From NCBI GenBank assembly GCA_046045965.1, contig JBJOKS010000012.1, positions 74,793 to 138,792 of the forward strand: a stretch of 64,000 nucleotides of DNA, read 5' to 3'. Every line of letters begins with the position of its first letter. The first letter of the stretch is position 1. The notes beneath the pieces were generated by a model. That model made no database searches, was not told the origin of the DNA, and saw only the letters and a program-made list of their open reading frames with translations. The stretch comes from Cyanobacteriota bacterium. GTDB taxonomy: Bacteria; Cyanobacteriota; Cyanobacteriia; Cyanobacteriales; Nostocaceae. The translations under genes and the position numbers were made by a program. Positions 54,034 to 64,000 of this stretch are shown piece by piece.

Positions 54034-55221
54034 ATGGGGGTTGTGATGCAAACTTTAAAACAGAGTTTCGAGGAGCGCAATCTCACTATGGAAACAGATG
54101 CAGCAAACTTAGCGCAGTATTGGCAAAAGCGACTCGCTGCTGAATGTCCAGAACAAAGTGAGGCTACTAGATACAGTATTATGCTTTGGCTATTGGGAGT
54201 AGACTTAAAACGATTTGAGCTACTCAGCCCAAAAGAATTAGAAATAGCTAAACAAGCTATGGAATATCGCTGGCGGATTTTACAACAGCGATACTTAGGA
54301 ATCGGGCGAGAACGTGCTTATCGTCACTTAATAAATCGCTTGGGAAGCGTGATGACACTGAGAAATAAAATTCAAACTTGGGTGTCTTTAAGTCGCGATC
54401 GCCAGCGCAGTGTCATTGATGTATTACAAGAAGTCATCCAAGAACTGCTGCAAAGTGACTCATATATGCAGCAGCAAATGTCTGACATTGCCGAATTTAC
54501 CACAGACAGAAGATTGCAGGATACCTTACTATTTGCCAGCATAGAAGAGTATTGTTTGCGTCCAGTACGTAACCAACCCCTATTAGCCTATCGCTTTGTC
54601 AACTACCTGCGGCGTGTTCAGCGGGGTGGCTTAACCCAAGTCCCAGCCAGTGATTTAATTAGACTCGTTTCCGATGAAGTGCTGACAGATGATACAGACA
54701 ATCCACTGAACTTAGTAGATAGTCAAGCGATCGCCCAATATCAAGAAGCACAAAAATTAGAAGAGCAACAATCACTACGTCAATCTGTACATCAAGAATT
54801 TGAACAATACTTACTGCAAAATTTAGGTCAACAAGCAGCAGACTGGCTGCAATTATATCTACAAGGCAAAACTCAAGAAGAAATTGCCAAAAAACTCAAT
54901 AAGCCCATTAAGGAAGTATACCGACTGCGCGAAAAAATCAGCTACCATGCAGTACGTGTTTTTGCGATTAAAGGTCAACCAGAACTTGTAGACAACTGGC
55001 TCTCAATTTCCTTGCAAGAACACAACTTTGGCTTAACACAAAACCAATGGCAGCAACTTGAAGCAAAAGTAGCTCCTCTAGGTAGGCAAATTCTCAACTT
55101 ACGCAGAGCAGGTAACTCCATAGAAACAATAGCCCAAAATCTAAAACTCAAAACCCATCAGGTGATAGGTGAATGGACCAAAGTCTATCTTGTTGCCCAA
55201 ACCTTAAGAACACAGGATTAA
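54034..55221 (+). CDS. HetZ-related protein
   Basis: LSRDRQRSVIDVLQEVIQELL and QPLLAYRFVNYLRR.QRGGLTQVP; sigma-r4-like HTHs. Confidence 0.75.
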   Translation: MGVVMQTLKQSFEERNLTMETDAANLAQYWQKRLAAECPEQSEATRYSIMLWLLGVDLKRFELLSPKELEIAKQAMEYRWRILQQRYLGIGRERAYRHLINRLGSVMTLRNKIQTWVSLSRDRQRSVIDVLQEVIQELLQSDSYMQQQMSDIAEFTTDRRLQDTLLFASIEEYCLRPVRNQPLLAYRFVNYLRRVQRGGLTQVPASDLIRLVSDEVLTDDTDNPLNLVDSQAIAQYQEAQKLEEQQSLRQSVHQEFEQYLLQNLGQQAADWLQLYLQGKTQEEIAKKLNKPIKEVYRLREKISYHAVRVFAIKGQPELVDNWLSISLQEHNFGLTQNQWQQLEAKVAPLGRQILNLRRAGNSIETIAQNLKLKTHQVIGEWTKVYLVAQTLRTQD

Positions 55222-55600
55222 CAGGCTATCAAAAATCTTCTGGGAGGCTAAAAATCACTGAAGATTTTACCGACTCAGGAGATGAATTAACGGAAAACTC
55301 TGTTTTCGATCACAAGAAATAATTGTCAAATTGTATTTAAAATATAGAAATCTAGTCCGGTTAATTACCTAGCTTAACTGTGACAGGTTTTTAAATTGCT
55401 AGTTGCTGCTTACCTATCACCAATTAGCAATTAGCAGCCATTAATAGATATGATGGCATTGGTACAGACATGATATAACTAAAATCACCGAGTCTCAGGT
55501 AACTTATGCCACTATGTGTAGTTTAAGAATTACCTCTGAACAAACTTAAAAATTACAAACTGAATTTTCCGCTATTGAATTAATTCCTTGTGAATATTTC

Positions 55601-56284
55601 ATGCAAATCGAGGCTTTTAGTGAACTTTTTCCCTTATTGAGTACAGCCAATCCCCAAACTTTGGAATGGTTACTCAACGTTGCAGTTGAACACGAATACC
55701 CGTCTGGACGAGCAGTTTTGATGGAAGATGCTTGGGGTAATGCAGTCTACTTCCTCGTTTCTGGCTGGGTGAAAGTCCGGCGCACCAATGGCGAAGATTC
55801 TGTAGCCATAGCAATTTTAGGTAGGGGTGATTTCTTTGGCGAAATGGCGGTTTTAGATGAATCTCCACGCTCAACCGATGTGATTGCCCTTTCACCCGTT
55901 AAGTTGCTGACTGTCTCCAGAGAACGTTTTATCCAAATCTTGTTTAAAGACCCACAGTTACATCACCGAATGCTGCAACTGATGGTGCGCCGAGTTCGCC
56001 AAATTAATATGCGTTTGCAAATGCGAACTTCCCCACCAGCAGTCAAACTAGCTCACACTTTAGTTAGCTTGAGTGACAACTATGGTCAAGATTCGGATCA
56101 GGGTAAGGAAATTTTTTACATCCCCTTCAAAGATTTGGCGGAGGTGACAGAAATTAGTATTGAAGAAACTACCAAAATTATGGAAAAGCTCCATGAAAAA
56201 GGATGGATCAAAATTGACCCCGCGAAAAACTCCATTTATGTTGTTAACTTCAAACAACTAGAGAATTTAGCCAATAAATTCTAA
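55601..56284 (+). CDS. Crp/Fnr family transcriptional regulator
   Basis: GDFFGEMAVLDESPRSTDV cNMP pocket; C-terminal HTH. Confidence 0.92.
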   Translation: MQIEAFSELFPLLSTANPQTLEWLLNVAVEHEYPSGRAVLMEDAWGNAVYFLVSGWVKVRRTNGEDSVAIAILGRGDFFGEMAVLDESPRSTDVIALSPVKLLTVSRERFIQILFKDPQLHHRMLQLMVRRVRQINMRLQMRTSPPAVKLAHTLVSLSDNYGQDSDQGKEIFYIPFKDLAEVTEISIEETTKIMEKLHEKGWIKIDPAKNSIYVVNFKQLENLANKF

Positions 56285-56400
56285 TTGGTACTGAATTTGT
56301 ACCTAGTGCTGAGAAACCATGTGTTAACCGAATATTGACTATTGACTATTATTTATGAACTGTTGACTATAGACTAATAAACCTAGAGTCAGCAGACAAG

Positions 56401-58185
56401 ATGAACAAAGCAATAGCAACTCATTCAGACACTCAAGCGCAGGAACTCTATTCGTCAATTCACTATTGGGTAGCAATGCCCCAACCAGAAACCCATCTGT
56501 TTGAGGTGACTTTACACCTTGTAGGCTACCCATTGCCAATTCTTGATTTAAAAATGCCAGTATGGACACCAGGATCATACTTGGTGCGAGAATATGCCAA
56601 GAATTTACAAGATTTTGCTGCCTTTGCCGGCTCTGAACCTTTGTCTTGGCGGAAAATTAGTAAAAATCACTGGCAGATAGAAAAAGGTGATGTTTCTGAA
56701 GTCATCCTGCGTTACCGCGTTTTTGCTAATGAACTATCAGTACGCACAAATCATTTAGATGCTACTCACGGTTACTTAAATGGTGCGGCGCTGTTTTTAA
56801 GAATCCCTGGTTGGGAAGAGCTACCAATTAATATTACCATTGTCCCACCACGCCCCGAATGGCAGATAACAACAGGTTTACCAGCAGTTAAAGAGGAAGC
56901 CAATACTTTCTTAGCAGCGGATTTTGATACTCTTGTTGATACTCCTTTTGAAATTGGTAGCCATCAATTATTTCACTTTGAGGTATTAGGAAAACCTCAT
57001 GAATTAGCAATCTGGGGAGAGGGAAACTGTAAACCTGAAAAGATGCTGGATGATTTTCAGAAAATTATTGAATTTGAAGCACAAATGTTTGGTGGTTTGC
57101 CATATCAAAGATATGTGTTTATACTGCATTTATTCAACAATGCTTATGGTGGTTTAGAACATAAAAATTCCACTTCATTAATTTATCATCGGTTTGGATT
57201 TCGTCTGCAAGAAAAATATGAACGCTTTATCCAATTAGTAGCACACGAGTTTTTTCACCTGTGGAATGTCAAGCGCATTCGCCCCAAAGCTTTGGAAGTT
57301 TTTGATTATGATCAAGAAAACTATACTTCATCTCTGTGGTTTTGTGAAGGCACTACAAGTTACTATGATTTAGTGATTCCTTTTCGGGCAGGAATTTATG
57401 ATGTTAAATCTTATTTTCATCATTTAAATCAGGAAATTACTAAATATCAATTAACGCCAGGACGTAAGGTACAAAATCTTTCTGAATCAAGTTTTGATGC
57501 TTGGATTAAGCTATATCGTCCAGATGCTAACAGTGGTAATTCCCAAATTTCTTACTATTTAAAAGGTGAAATGGTATCGCTATTACTAGATTTATTAATT
57601 CGCTCTCGTTATGGTAATCAGCGTTCTCTAGATGATGTGATGGTAAAAATGTGGGAGCAATTTGGGAAAGCAGAAATTGGTTATACTCCAAAACAATTAA
57701 AAGCAGTAATTGAATCTATAGCAGGAATGGATTTAACTGATTTCTTTAAATGCTACATTTATGGACTGGATGATTTACCATTTAATGAATATTTAGAACC
57801 TTTTGGTTTGCAATTGGTAGCAGAATGCAATCAAGAACCCTATTTAGGTGTGAGGATAAAAACTGAACATGGACGGGAGATGATTAAATTTGTAGAGATG
57901 GGTTCTCCTGCAAACACAGCGGGAATTGATGCTGGAGATGAGTTATTAGCAATTGATGGAATTAAGGTAGGAGCAAATCAGTTAAGTGAACGTTTGCAGG
58001 ATTATCAACCAAATGATTCTATCCAAATTACTGTTTTTCACCAAGATGAACTGCGTAACTATTCCCTCACCTTAGCATCACAACAACCAAAACAATACAA
58101 GTTGCAATCAGTAGATAATCCTGATCATATTCAGCAAGAAAACTTTTTAGGTTGGTTAGGTGTGCAATTATCAACTATTAAGTAA
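56401..58185 (+). CDS. M61 family metallopeptidase with PDZ domain
   Basis: PVWTPGSY, GGLEH, HEFFH, EGTTSYY and SYYLKG; PDZ GSPA..AG..GD. Confidence 0.93.
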   Translation: MNKAIATHSDTQAQELYSSIHYWVAMPQPETHLFEVTLHLVGYPLPILDLKMPVWTPGSYLVREYAKNLQDFAAFAGSEPLSWRKISKNHWQIEKGDVSEVILRYRVFANELSVRTNHLDATHGYLNGAALFLRIPGWEELPINITIVPPRPEWQITTGLPAVKEEANTFLAADFDTLVDTPFEIGSHQLFHFEVLGKPHELAIWGEGNCKPEKMLDDFQKIIEFEAQMFGGLPYQRYVFILHLFNNAYGGLEHKNSTSLIYHRFGFRLQEKYERFIQLVAHEFFHLWNVKRIRPKALEVFDYDQENYTSSLWFCEGTTSYYDLVIPFRAGIYDVKSYFHHLNQEITKYQLTPGRKVQNLSESSFDAWIKLYRPDANSGNSQISYYLKGEMVSLLLDLLIRSRYGNQRSLDDVMVKMWEQFGKAEIGYTPKQLKAVIESIAGMDLTDFFKCYIYGLDDLPFNEYLEPFGLQLVAECNQEPYLGVRIKTEHGREMIKFVEMGSPANTAGIDAGDELLAIDGIKVGANQLSERLQDYQPNDSIQITVFHQDELRNYSLTLASQQPKQYKLQSVDNPDHIQQENFLGWLGVQLSTIK

Positions 58186-58357
58186 AGGTGGGGGAGGTGG
58201 GAAGGAAAATTAAAAGTCAAAAGTCAAACAATAGGGAACAGGGAACAGGGAACAGGGAACAGGGAACAGGGAATAGGAAAAGGCAAAATTTACAATTTTC
58301 ATTTCTCCTGCCTCCTGCCTCCTGCCTCCTGCCTTCTGCCTCCTAACAACTTTTTGG

Positions 58358-59098
58358 TTATTTATGCTGACTTTTTAAAACACCTGGTTCGTGCTGTATA
58401 GGTAGAACATCTAAAATATCAGTTTGGGAACAATATTTTAAATCTTCTAAACATTCCAGGCGTAGCAATCGCTGACCATGACTAGCTTGGTGGAATAATC
58501 CTAGTAAGTCATTTTGCCATTGTGAATAAAGAGCGATCGCGCTGGTAACTTCATCATTACCCGTTAAATCTTCTAAAGAAGAATTAGTTTGTTGCCAAAT
58601 GCTATGAGCGATCGCACCAGCACAAACTGTATCTTCTAAAGAAAAACTACCTTCCCAACCAGAACCAACAATCCAGACTGTTTCTGGTTGTTTTTCTAGG
58701 AGAAACTGCACCACCGCAGCCCGATTAATTAACGCTGCGGCTAGGACAATAGGAGCATTCTGTATCCGTTGTAAGGCACGAGTACCATTGGTGGTACTAA
58801 TAAATAAACGTCGCCCCTCTACCAATTCTGCTGTGCAATCTAAGGGTGAATTACCCAACTCAAAGCCAGCTACTTTCGCTCCACCTCGTTCTCCAGCCCG
58901 TAATCGTTTTTCGGCAGGCCATTTCTCGCTAACTTCTTTTAGTTGGTCTAAATCGCTGAAGACTTGCACAGCCTCGCCTCCAGCCGCTAAAACTGTCGCC
59001 ATTGTGCTAGTGGCTCGCAGGACATCGACGGCGATCGCGCATTCTGGCGCTGCATCAGTTGGGGTTAATTCTGGAGTATGATATACAAATATCTTCAC
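58358..59098 (-). CDS. comB: 2-phosphosulfolactate phosphatase family
   Basis: [23 protein letters not shown] and SLEDTVCAG. Confidence 0.92.
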   Translation of the reverse strand: MKIFVYHTPELTPTDAAPECAIAVDVLRATSTMATVLAAGGEAVQVFSDLDQLKEVSEKWPAEKRLRAGERGGAKVAGFELGNSPLDCTAELVEGRRLFISTTNGTRALQRIQNAPIVLAAALINRAAVVQFLLEKQPETVWIVGSGWEGSFSLEDTVCAGAIAHSIWQQTNSSLEDLTGNDEVTSAIALYSQWQNDLLGLFHQASHGQRLLRLECLEDLKYCSQTDILDVLPIQHEPGVLKSQHK

Positions 59099-59388
59099 GG
59101 GCTAGATATACCTGCTCTATACTACTGCGGTAATATTCTACCCACTTGATGTCACTAAAGATTAATACTAAAATCCATCTCTTCATCAATACATAAATAC
59201 TATAAAATTCTACAAAGCTTATTCAGCAAGGGTTTAAGCTTTTTGGCTTGGTATTACTTTTTCTAATAGAACAAATAGAAAAAACTGGATATTGTCTGAT
59301 AGCTAACGCCAAGCAAAGCCATATCAGGATGAATCAGGATTTAAGGATGCACAGGATTTATACTGCAAAAGGTTTGTAAGCCTTTTCA

Positions 59389-59838
59389 CTATTCCCAAAA
59401 GTCCACATTTAGCATCTCTTCAATATCGCGGCTAAACGGCCATGTATCAGGGAATTCACACTGTGGATAACTCCTGCGAACAATTTTGAGAGTATTTGCG
59501 TAAGCCTTATCAAATACCAGGGAAAAATAAGGTTTTAGGCTTGGTGATTCTGCTAATAAATCTTCTAAAGCAATTCTTTGCTTATCAATAGATTCCACCC
59601 ATCCACGATAACAATCAGGCATATTTACATAATTCCGCTTCAGAATATGCTCCAAAAGTTCTCTAAGTCTACTTTCCAATTCACGTTTGTCCGATCGCCC
59701 CAAATCCTCTATCTCCTCAATCAGATTCTCAAAATCTAATCCCTCAATATCTCGATTCTTTAACTTATTGACTATATCTTCAATCCACAGTAAATAGTCT
59801 TTTTCATATAAAGATACTGCAATCTGCGTCTGTGTCAT
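59389..59838 (-). CDS. DUF29 family protein
   Basis: LYEKDY..W, D.ENLIEEIEDLGRS, L.EHILK and SPSLK. Confidence 0.92.
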   Translation of the reverse strand: MTQTQIAVSLYEKDYLLWIEDIVNKLKNRDIEGLDFENLIEEIEDLGRSDKRELESRLRELLEHILKRNYVNMPDCYRGWVESIDKQRIALEDLLAESPSLKPYFSLVFDKAYANTLKIVRRSYPQCEFPDTWPFSRDIEEMLNVDFWE

Positions 59839-59961
59839 TGCTTTATCTCCCTTTAGTGACCTAATTCAAACTTACAGCGATTTTAATCTCTCTGCACCTG
59901 GAGCGCCTTTGGTTGAGAAAAATGTGAAAATATAAAAGCAGGTTCCCCTACAATTATCAAC

Positions 59962-60381
59962 ATGGCTCCATTACCAGATTACCGTCCTAAACAATTATCC
60001 GTAGGTCCTCTAGAAGCAGAAATACTGAGCATCGTTTGGGAACTCGGTTCAGCGACAGTCAAAGATGTACACGATCGCATTCTGACAGATCCTAACCGCG
60101 AATTAGCTTATACTTCCGTTACCACTGTTTTGCGTCGTCTCACCGAAAAAGGCTGGTTAGCTTGCGATAAACAGGGAAAAGCCTTTTATTGGCGGCCATT
60201 GCTCACCAAGCAGCAAGCAGAGATGATTAAAGCCCATGATCAATTACAGCGATTTTTAGCAGTGGGAAATCCTGATGTAATTGCTGCCTTTGCTGATAGT
60301 TTAGATCAAGCAGCTAGTGATCAAATAGAAGCGATCGCTAAACGCATCCAAGCCGCACGGCAAGCCAGGGGAGAAAAATAA
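59962..60381 (+). CDS. petR: BlaI/CopY family repressor, probable copper-switch regulator PetR
   Basis: LGPLE-like GPLEAEILSIVW and AYTSVTTVLRRL.EKG; paired with an M56 protease. Confidence 0.8.
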   Translation: MAPLPDYRPKQLSVGPLEAEILSIVWELGSATVKDVHDRILTDPNRELAYTSVTTVLRRLTEKGWLACDKQGKAFYWRPLLTKQQAEMIKAHDQLQRFLAVGNPDVIAAFADSLDQAASDQIEAIAKRIQAARQARGEK

Positions 60382-60385
60382 AATT

Positions 60386-61225
60386 ATGCATCTACTAATT
60401 ATTCTCACCACTGTCACCATTGCTTGCTGCTTACGATATTCCGCCAACATACCCCAAGGTAACTGGCATTTACGCTGGCAGCGATCGCTATTTTTATTCC
60501 TCTTTCCCCCCTTACTCATTTTCATGACAGCAACTGCTGTAGTCTGCATGGGTACACAAGGGAAAATGGGGGGAATGTATACCGGTTCTTTCAGCTATCT
60601 GCTGTCCTTAATTTTCCTGGGCTGTTTCAGCATTTTAGGACTTAAACTCGCTTTCCAAGGTTGGAAATCTGTCAAATCTGCCCGTGAATGTCCACAAATA
60701 AACCTAGCTGGTAAACAAGCCCGACTCCTAGAAACAGGGGCGTTATTTGCCGGTCAAATGGGTTTTTGGCAACCTGAATTAGTAGTCAGTCAAGGATTAC
60801 TAGAAACTCTCTCCCCTTCCCACCTAGAAAGCGTCCTGGCACATGAGCAAGGACATTATCAATACAGGGATACGTTCTGGTTCTTTTGGCTCGGTTGGGT
60901 TCGTTCCTGCACCGCTTGGTTGCCCAATACAGAAGCACTATGGCAAGAATTGTTAATGTTGCGAGAATTACGGGCTGATAGTTATGCAGCATCCCAAGTA
61001 GATCCCTTAATATTAGCGGAATCTTTATTTTTAGTAGTCAATAATCAAACCCTGACATCAGAAGTGTGCTGTGCAGCTTTAGGTTCTTCTGGGGTTGATA
61101 GGTTAGAACAAAGAATAGATGCTTTGTTAACACCACCAGAAACAACACCAGAAACTCAATTACAATCCTGGCATATTTTTCTATTCGCTTTTCTGCCTTT
61201 GGTAACGGTAATTTTCCATACCTGA
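60386..61225 (+). CDS. petP: M56/BlaR1-like membrane metalloprotease, probable PetP
   Basis: TM segments; LAHEQGH, RELRAD and LEQRIDALL. Confidence 0.8.
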   Translation: MHLLIILTTVTIACCLRYSANIPQGNWHLRWQRSLFLFLFPPLLIFMTATAVVCMGTQGKMGGMYTGSFSYLLSLIFLGCFSILGLKLAFQGWKSVKSARECPQINLAGKQARLLETGALFAGQMGFWQPELVVSQGLLETLSPSHLESVLAHEQGHYQYRDTFWFFWLGWVRSCTAWLPNTEALWQELLMLRELRADSYAASQVDPLILAESLFLVVNNQTLTSEVCCAALGSSGVDRLEQRIDALLTPPETTPETQLQSWHIFLFAFLPLVTVIFHT

Positions 61226-61464
61226 TCCACTAATTTCCCCTCTATCGCGTGGTGGAGGGGTTGGGTGGAGAATTCCAACATAGAAGATGGCTTCAAAAAA
61301 ATGGTTCTACCGTACTTGTTATGCTAAATCACCAGTCTAAAAGAGGGAACAGTGTCTTGAGAAATATCACTGATGGGTCAAGTGACCAAAATTTCTCAAC
61401 ATCAAAAGCATGAAGTTTGAAATTTTCTGTTTCTTGCTTCATGCTTTATTCTCTATTTATTTAA

Positions 61465-61536
<72 letters not shown>

Positions 61537-61692
61537 ACGCTCACAACGATTACTATATTAGATCGAAAACCAAATGATGTCAACTACTTGGGGAAAATTT
61601 TTTTTATTTTCTTTTCAGGCTGCTGAAATATATAATTTTTTCAGCGCCAAGCTGCTCCAAAAGAGCAATCCAGCCATTTCTGGATCTTGTGT

Positions 61693-62241
61693 CTACAATC
61701 CCATTCGCAGTTGTGCTAACTTCTGTCTAGCCTTAGCATCAATAGCATTAGCTAAAAATCTGCTTTTGGATTGTTTGCGTGGTTGATATCTGTGACGCAT
61801 CCGACAAACCGTAGAGTCCACTTCACCGCATAGTTGTTGCGCTGACAACCATTCAGCACCATACCCCTGAACCATCAACTGCTGCGCTCGGTCTGATGTA
61901 GCAACAATCACGCGAGAAATTAGACATTGTGCGATTTGGTGACGCAAACCCGCACAGGCTTTTTCTATATAAGTATCTGCCGTCTGCCCAAAATCTGTGT
62001 AATGAACTGTGAGAAAATCTGTAATAGTTTCTCTATTGCTGGCAGTGTTGTGATATTGGGCATCAAAAACTATTTGAGTTTCATAGCCTTGGAACGCGCT
62101 ATAATTGGTTATTGCTTCAACTAATTCCCCGCGTGCTGCCTCTAATCCAGCATCATCACGAGTTTTTTTTAAGCAAGGCCAAGCGCCTATAATGTTGTAG
62201 CCATCCACCAACAAAATGGATGGGATGATAGAACGGGGCAT
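61693..62241 (-). CDS. NYN domain ribonuclease (YacP/Rae1 family)
   Basis: LLVDGYNII, VFDA, TADTYIE and VATSD. Confidence 0.92.
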   Translation of the reverse strand: MPRSIIPSILLVDGYNIIGAWPCLKKTRDDAGLEAARGELVEAITNYSAFQGYETQIVFDAQYHNTASNRETITDFLTVHYTDFGQTADTYIEKACAGLRHQIAQCLISRVIVATSDRAQQLMVQGYGAEWLSAQQLCGEVDSTVCRMRHRYQPRKQSKSRFLANAIDAKARQKLAQLRMGL

Positions 62242-62543
62242 GGTTTTTAATCACAATTATCTAGAGTTAACAAAAATCATTCATAAGACTTATAGTAATT
62301 GAAGCAACACTTGTAACACTATGTTACAGAGAATAAAAAATGCCTTCTGGGGCAAAACTAAGCCTTAAGACAGAAGGCAAAAATTCTCAAAAGTCCCTAA
62401 AAATAAGGCTTTTTGCTGTTATTCTTTATGGAACTAAATATTTTTTCCGCGTCGTCAAAATTCCATACCGAAAAACCAGATACCTCTACAGCAAAACGTT
62501 TTCTGGCATCTGGTCATTAATTTTTGATTATTTCCTGACTCCT

Positions 62544-62570
62544 GTACGGGCGAACGGCCGTTCGCCCCTC
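62544..62570. repeat. REP-like palindrome; related hairpins near 20797 and 41322
   Basis: gtac-gggcgaacg-gc-cgttcgccc-ct. Confidence 0.7.
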
Positions 62571-62583
62571 CTGACTCCTTTTT

Positions 62584-63261
62584 TCAAGAGGTTTCTTGGT
62601 GAGTTGTCATTAGTCGGTGTTTGAGACGTTCAGCTTCACCAGCATCAACTAAAGAACCTCTTTCTAATAAAAAAGCGCCATCACAATAATTTAACTCATC
62701 CAAACGGTGAGTGACCCACAAAGCCGTAATACCACGACTTTTAACCAAACGACGCACACTAGCTACTAAATCTAGTTGACTATCTGGATCTAATAAAGCA
62801 GTGGGTTCATCTAATAATAAGACTTCACAGTGACGAGCGATCGCCCCAGCAATTGCCACTCGCTGTTTTTGTCCACCAGAAAGTGCATAAATAGGACGAC
62901 GTTGTAAAGACAGTAAATTTACAGCCCCTAAAGCCTCCTCTACCCTAGCTTTGACCATGGCAGGAGGTAAGTTTTCTTCCACCAGTCCAAAAGCCACATC
63001 AGCACCAACAGTAGGCATAACCAGTTGATGATCAGGATTTTGGAACACAAAACCAACGGGGGGTGAAATGCCAATTTCGCCAGACTGGGGAGCTAATAAA
63101 CCTGCTATTAGTCTCAAAAGAGTTGATTTCCCACTGCCATTAGTACCCAAAAGCATCCAAAATTCACCTTTAGGGACTTTGAGAGAGCAAGATTTGATCA
63201 CTTGCTCCCCATTCGGCCATAAGAAGTTTAAATCATTAACTTCGATGCCTACTGCCGACAT
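62584..63261 (-). CDS. ECF/CbiO-type ABC ATPase
   Basis: [25 protein letters not shown] and DEPTALLD. Confidence 0.9.
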   Translation of the reverse strand: MSAVGIEVNDLNFLWPNGEQVIKSCSLKVPKGEFWMLLGTNGSGKSTLLRLIAGLLAPQSGEIGISPPVGFVFQNPDHQLVMPTVGADVAFGLVEENLPPAMVKARVEEALGAVNLLSLQRRPIYALSGGQKQRVAIAGAIARHCEVLLLDEPTALLDPDSQLDLVASVRRLVKSRGITALWVTHRLDELNYCDGAFLLERGSLVDAGEAERLKHRLMTTHQETS

Positions 63262-63274
63262 TTGTACACCTTGC

Positions 63275-63547
63275 TTACTCAGTGGCTAAGGCGAAAAATC
63301 CGGGTGGTCTAGTACCACCAATGGCTGTACCATCTTTCTGTACAATCTGTACACCCGAAATCTCACTAGCACGGACAGCAATTTTTTTCTCTGTTTTGCC
63401 TTCGCACTTGAGTTCCACAATATCAGGGTTCCCAGAGCGCATAGCTGCCAAAATCAGCTGATAAACAGCTTCAGCATCTTCCGTGGACTTACGTTGTACT
63501 GATATCGGGAAAGCAGTATTTTTGATGCTTAAGTCGATGGTAAACAT
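63275..63547 (-). CDS. Conserved cyanobacterial protein (UPF0367-like)
   Basis: P.SVQRK..EDAEA.YQ, EL.CE...KK and RPPGF. Confidence 0.75.
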   Translation of the reverse strand: MFTIDLSIKNTAFPISVQRKSTEDAEAVYQLILAAMRSGNPDIVELKCEGKTEKKIAVRASEISGVQIVQKDGTAIGGTRPPGFFALATE

Positions 63548-63874
63548 TTAGAATTAATCACATTTCACTGACTGTAGGACTAATTCTAGCGTTACCTGGT
63601 GGATTCGGCGTGGATTGTGAACAGGGGGAAGAATTATGAGATTTCTTTTTATATCGTTGTTTCGTTGCCCTGGTAGGCTCACAGGGGAGTAACAGACGAA
63701 ATTTTTTCCATCATCCCTGGAAAAATTAGAGATTTGCACCTATTATGATTAGAGAGCGTAAAAAATTGTAAACTGGATTAACAACCCGGTTAACTTTCTG
63801 CATATAGGCGGTTATGTCATAGCCATCTATATACAGAGAAAACCTGTACTTATAACATTTGGAGATTCTTTCTA

Positions 63875-64000
63875 ATGACCATCGCAGTTGGACGCGCCCC
63901 CTCAAGAGGGTGGTTTGACGTACTAGACGACTGGTTGAAGCGCGATCGCTTCGTATTCGTAGGTTGGTCAGGAATATTATTATTCCCCTGTGCCTTCCTC
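63875..64000 (+). CDS. psbD: Photosystem II D2 protein, 5' part (runs off the window)
   Basis: [41 protein letters not shown]. Confidence 0.98.
   Translation, partial: MTIAVGRAPSRGWFDVLDDWLKRDRFVFVGWSGILLFPCAFL

Noticed and set aside
63755..63782. HLR1/RpaB-like direct repeats upstream of psbD
   Set aside because: Degenerate match, and expected at this promoter; too weak to list

Overview
Chromosomal window from a heterocyst-forming cyanobacterium (Nostocales). The assignment rests on abundant HIP1 (GCGATCGC) sites, heptameric STRR repeats, nifH, ccmK3/K4, psbD and a HetZ-like gene. Most of it is core genome: ruvX-DUF3727-yqeG-proB, tlyA, glsA, rlpA, panC-cmk, sodB, hpnA-hpnH-sqs, ccmS-ccmK3-ccmK4, petR-petP, tRNA-Asn and the 5' end of psbD. 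Four accessory features stand out. (1) An MmeI-like restriction-modification gene is bracketed by two ~350-bp direct repeats. Each repeat lies in a MITE-like element and carries a 170-nt imperfect palindrome whose paired segments coincide with the UP, -35 and -10 elements of a sigma70 promoter, resembling an ssDNA (Frpo-like) or mobile promoter. (2) A partly decayed molybdenum/alternative-nitrogenase island holds a porin, modA plus a modA fragment, an orphan vnfH-like nifH, a dead second VnfR-like paralog, mop and an intact VnfR-like regulator, with two distinct candidate operator motifs. (3) A papain-fold toxin/immunity pair lies between 32-bp direct repeats next to a class I LysRS. (4) Many small mobile repeats occur, some inserted in-frame in genes. 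No CRISPR array, integrase or transposase is visible. All calls come from reading the sequence; no searches were run.
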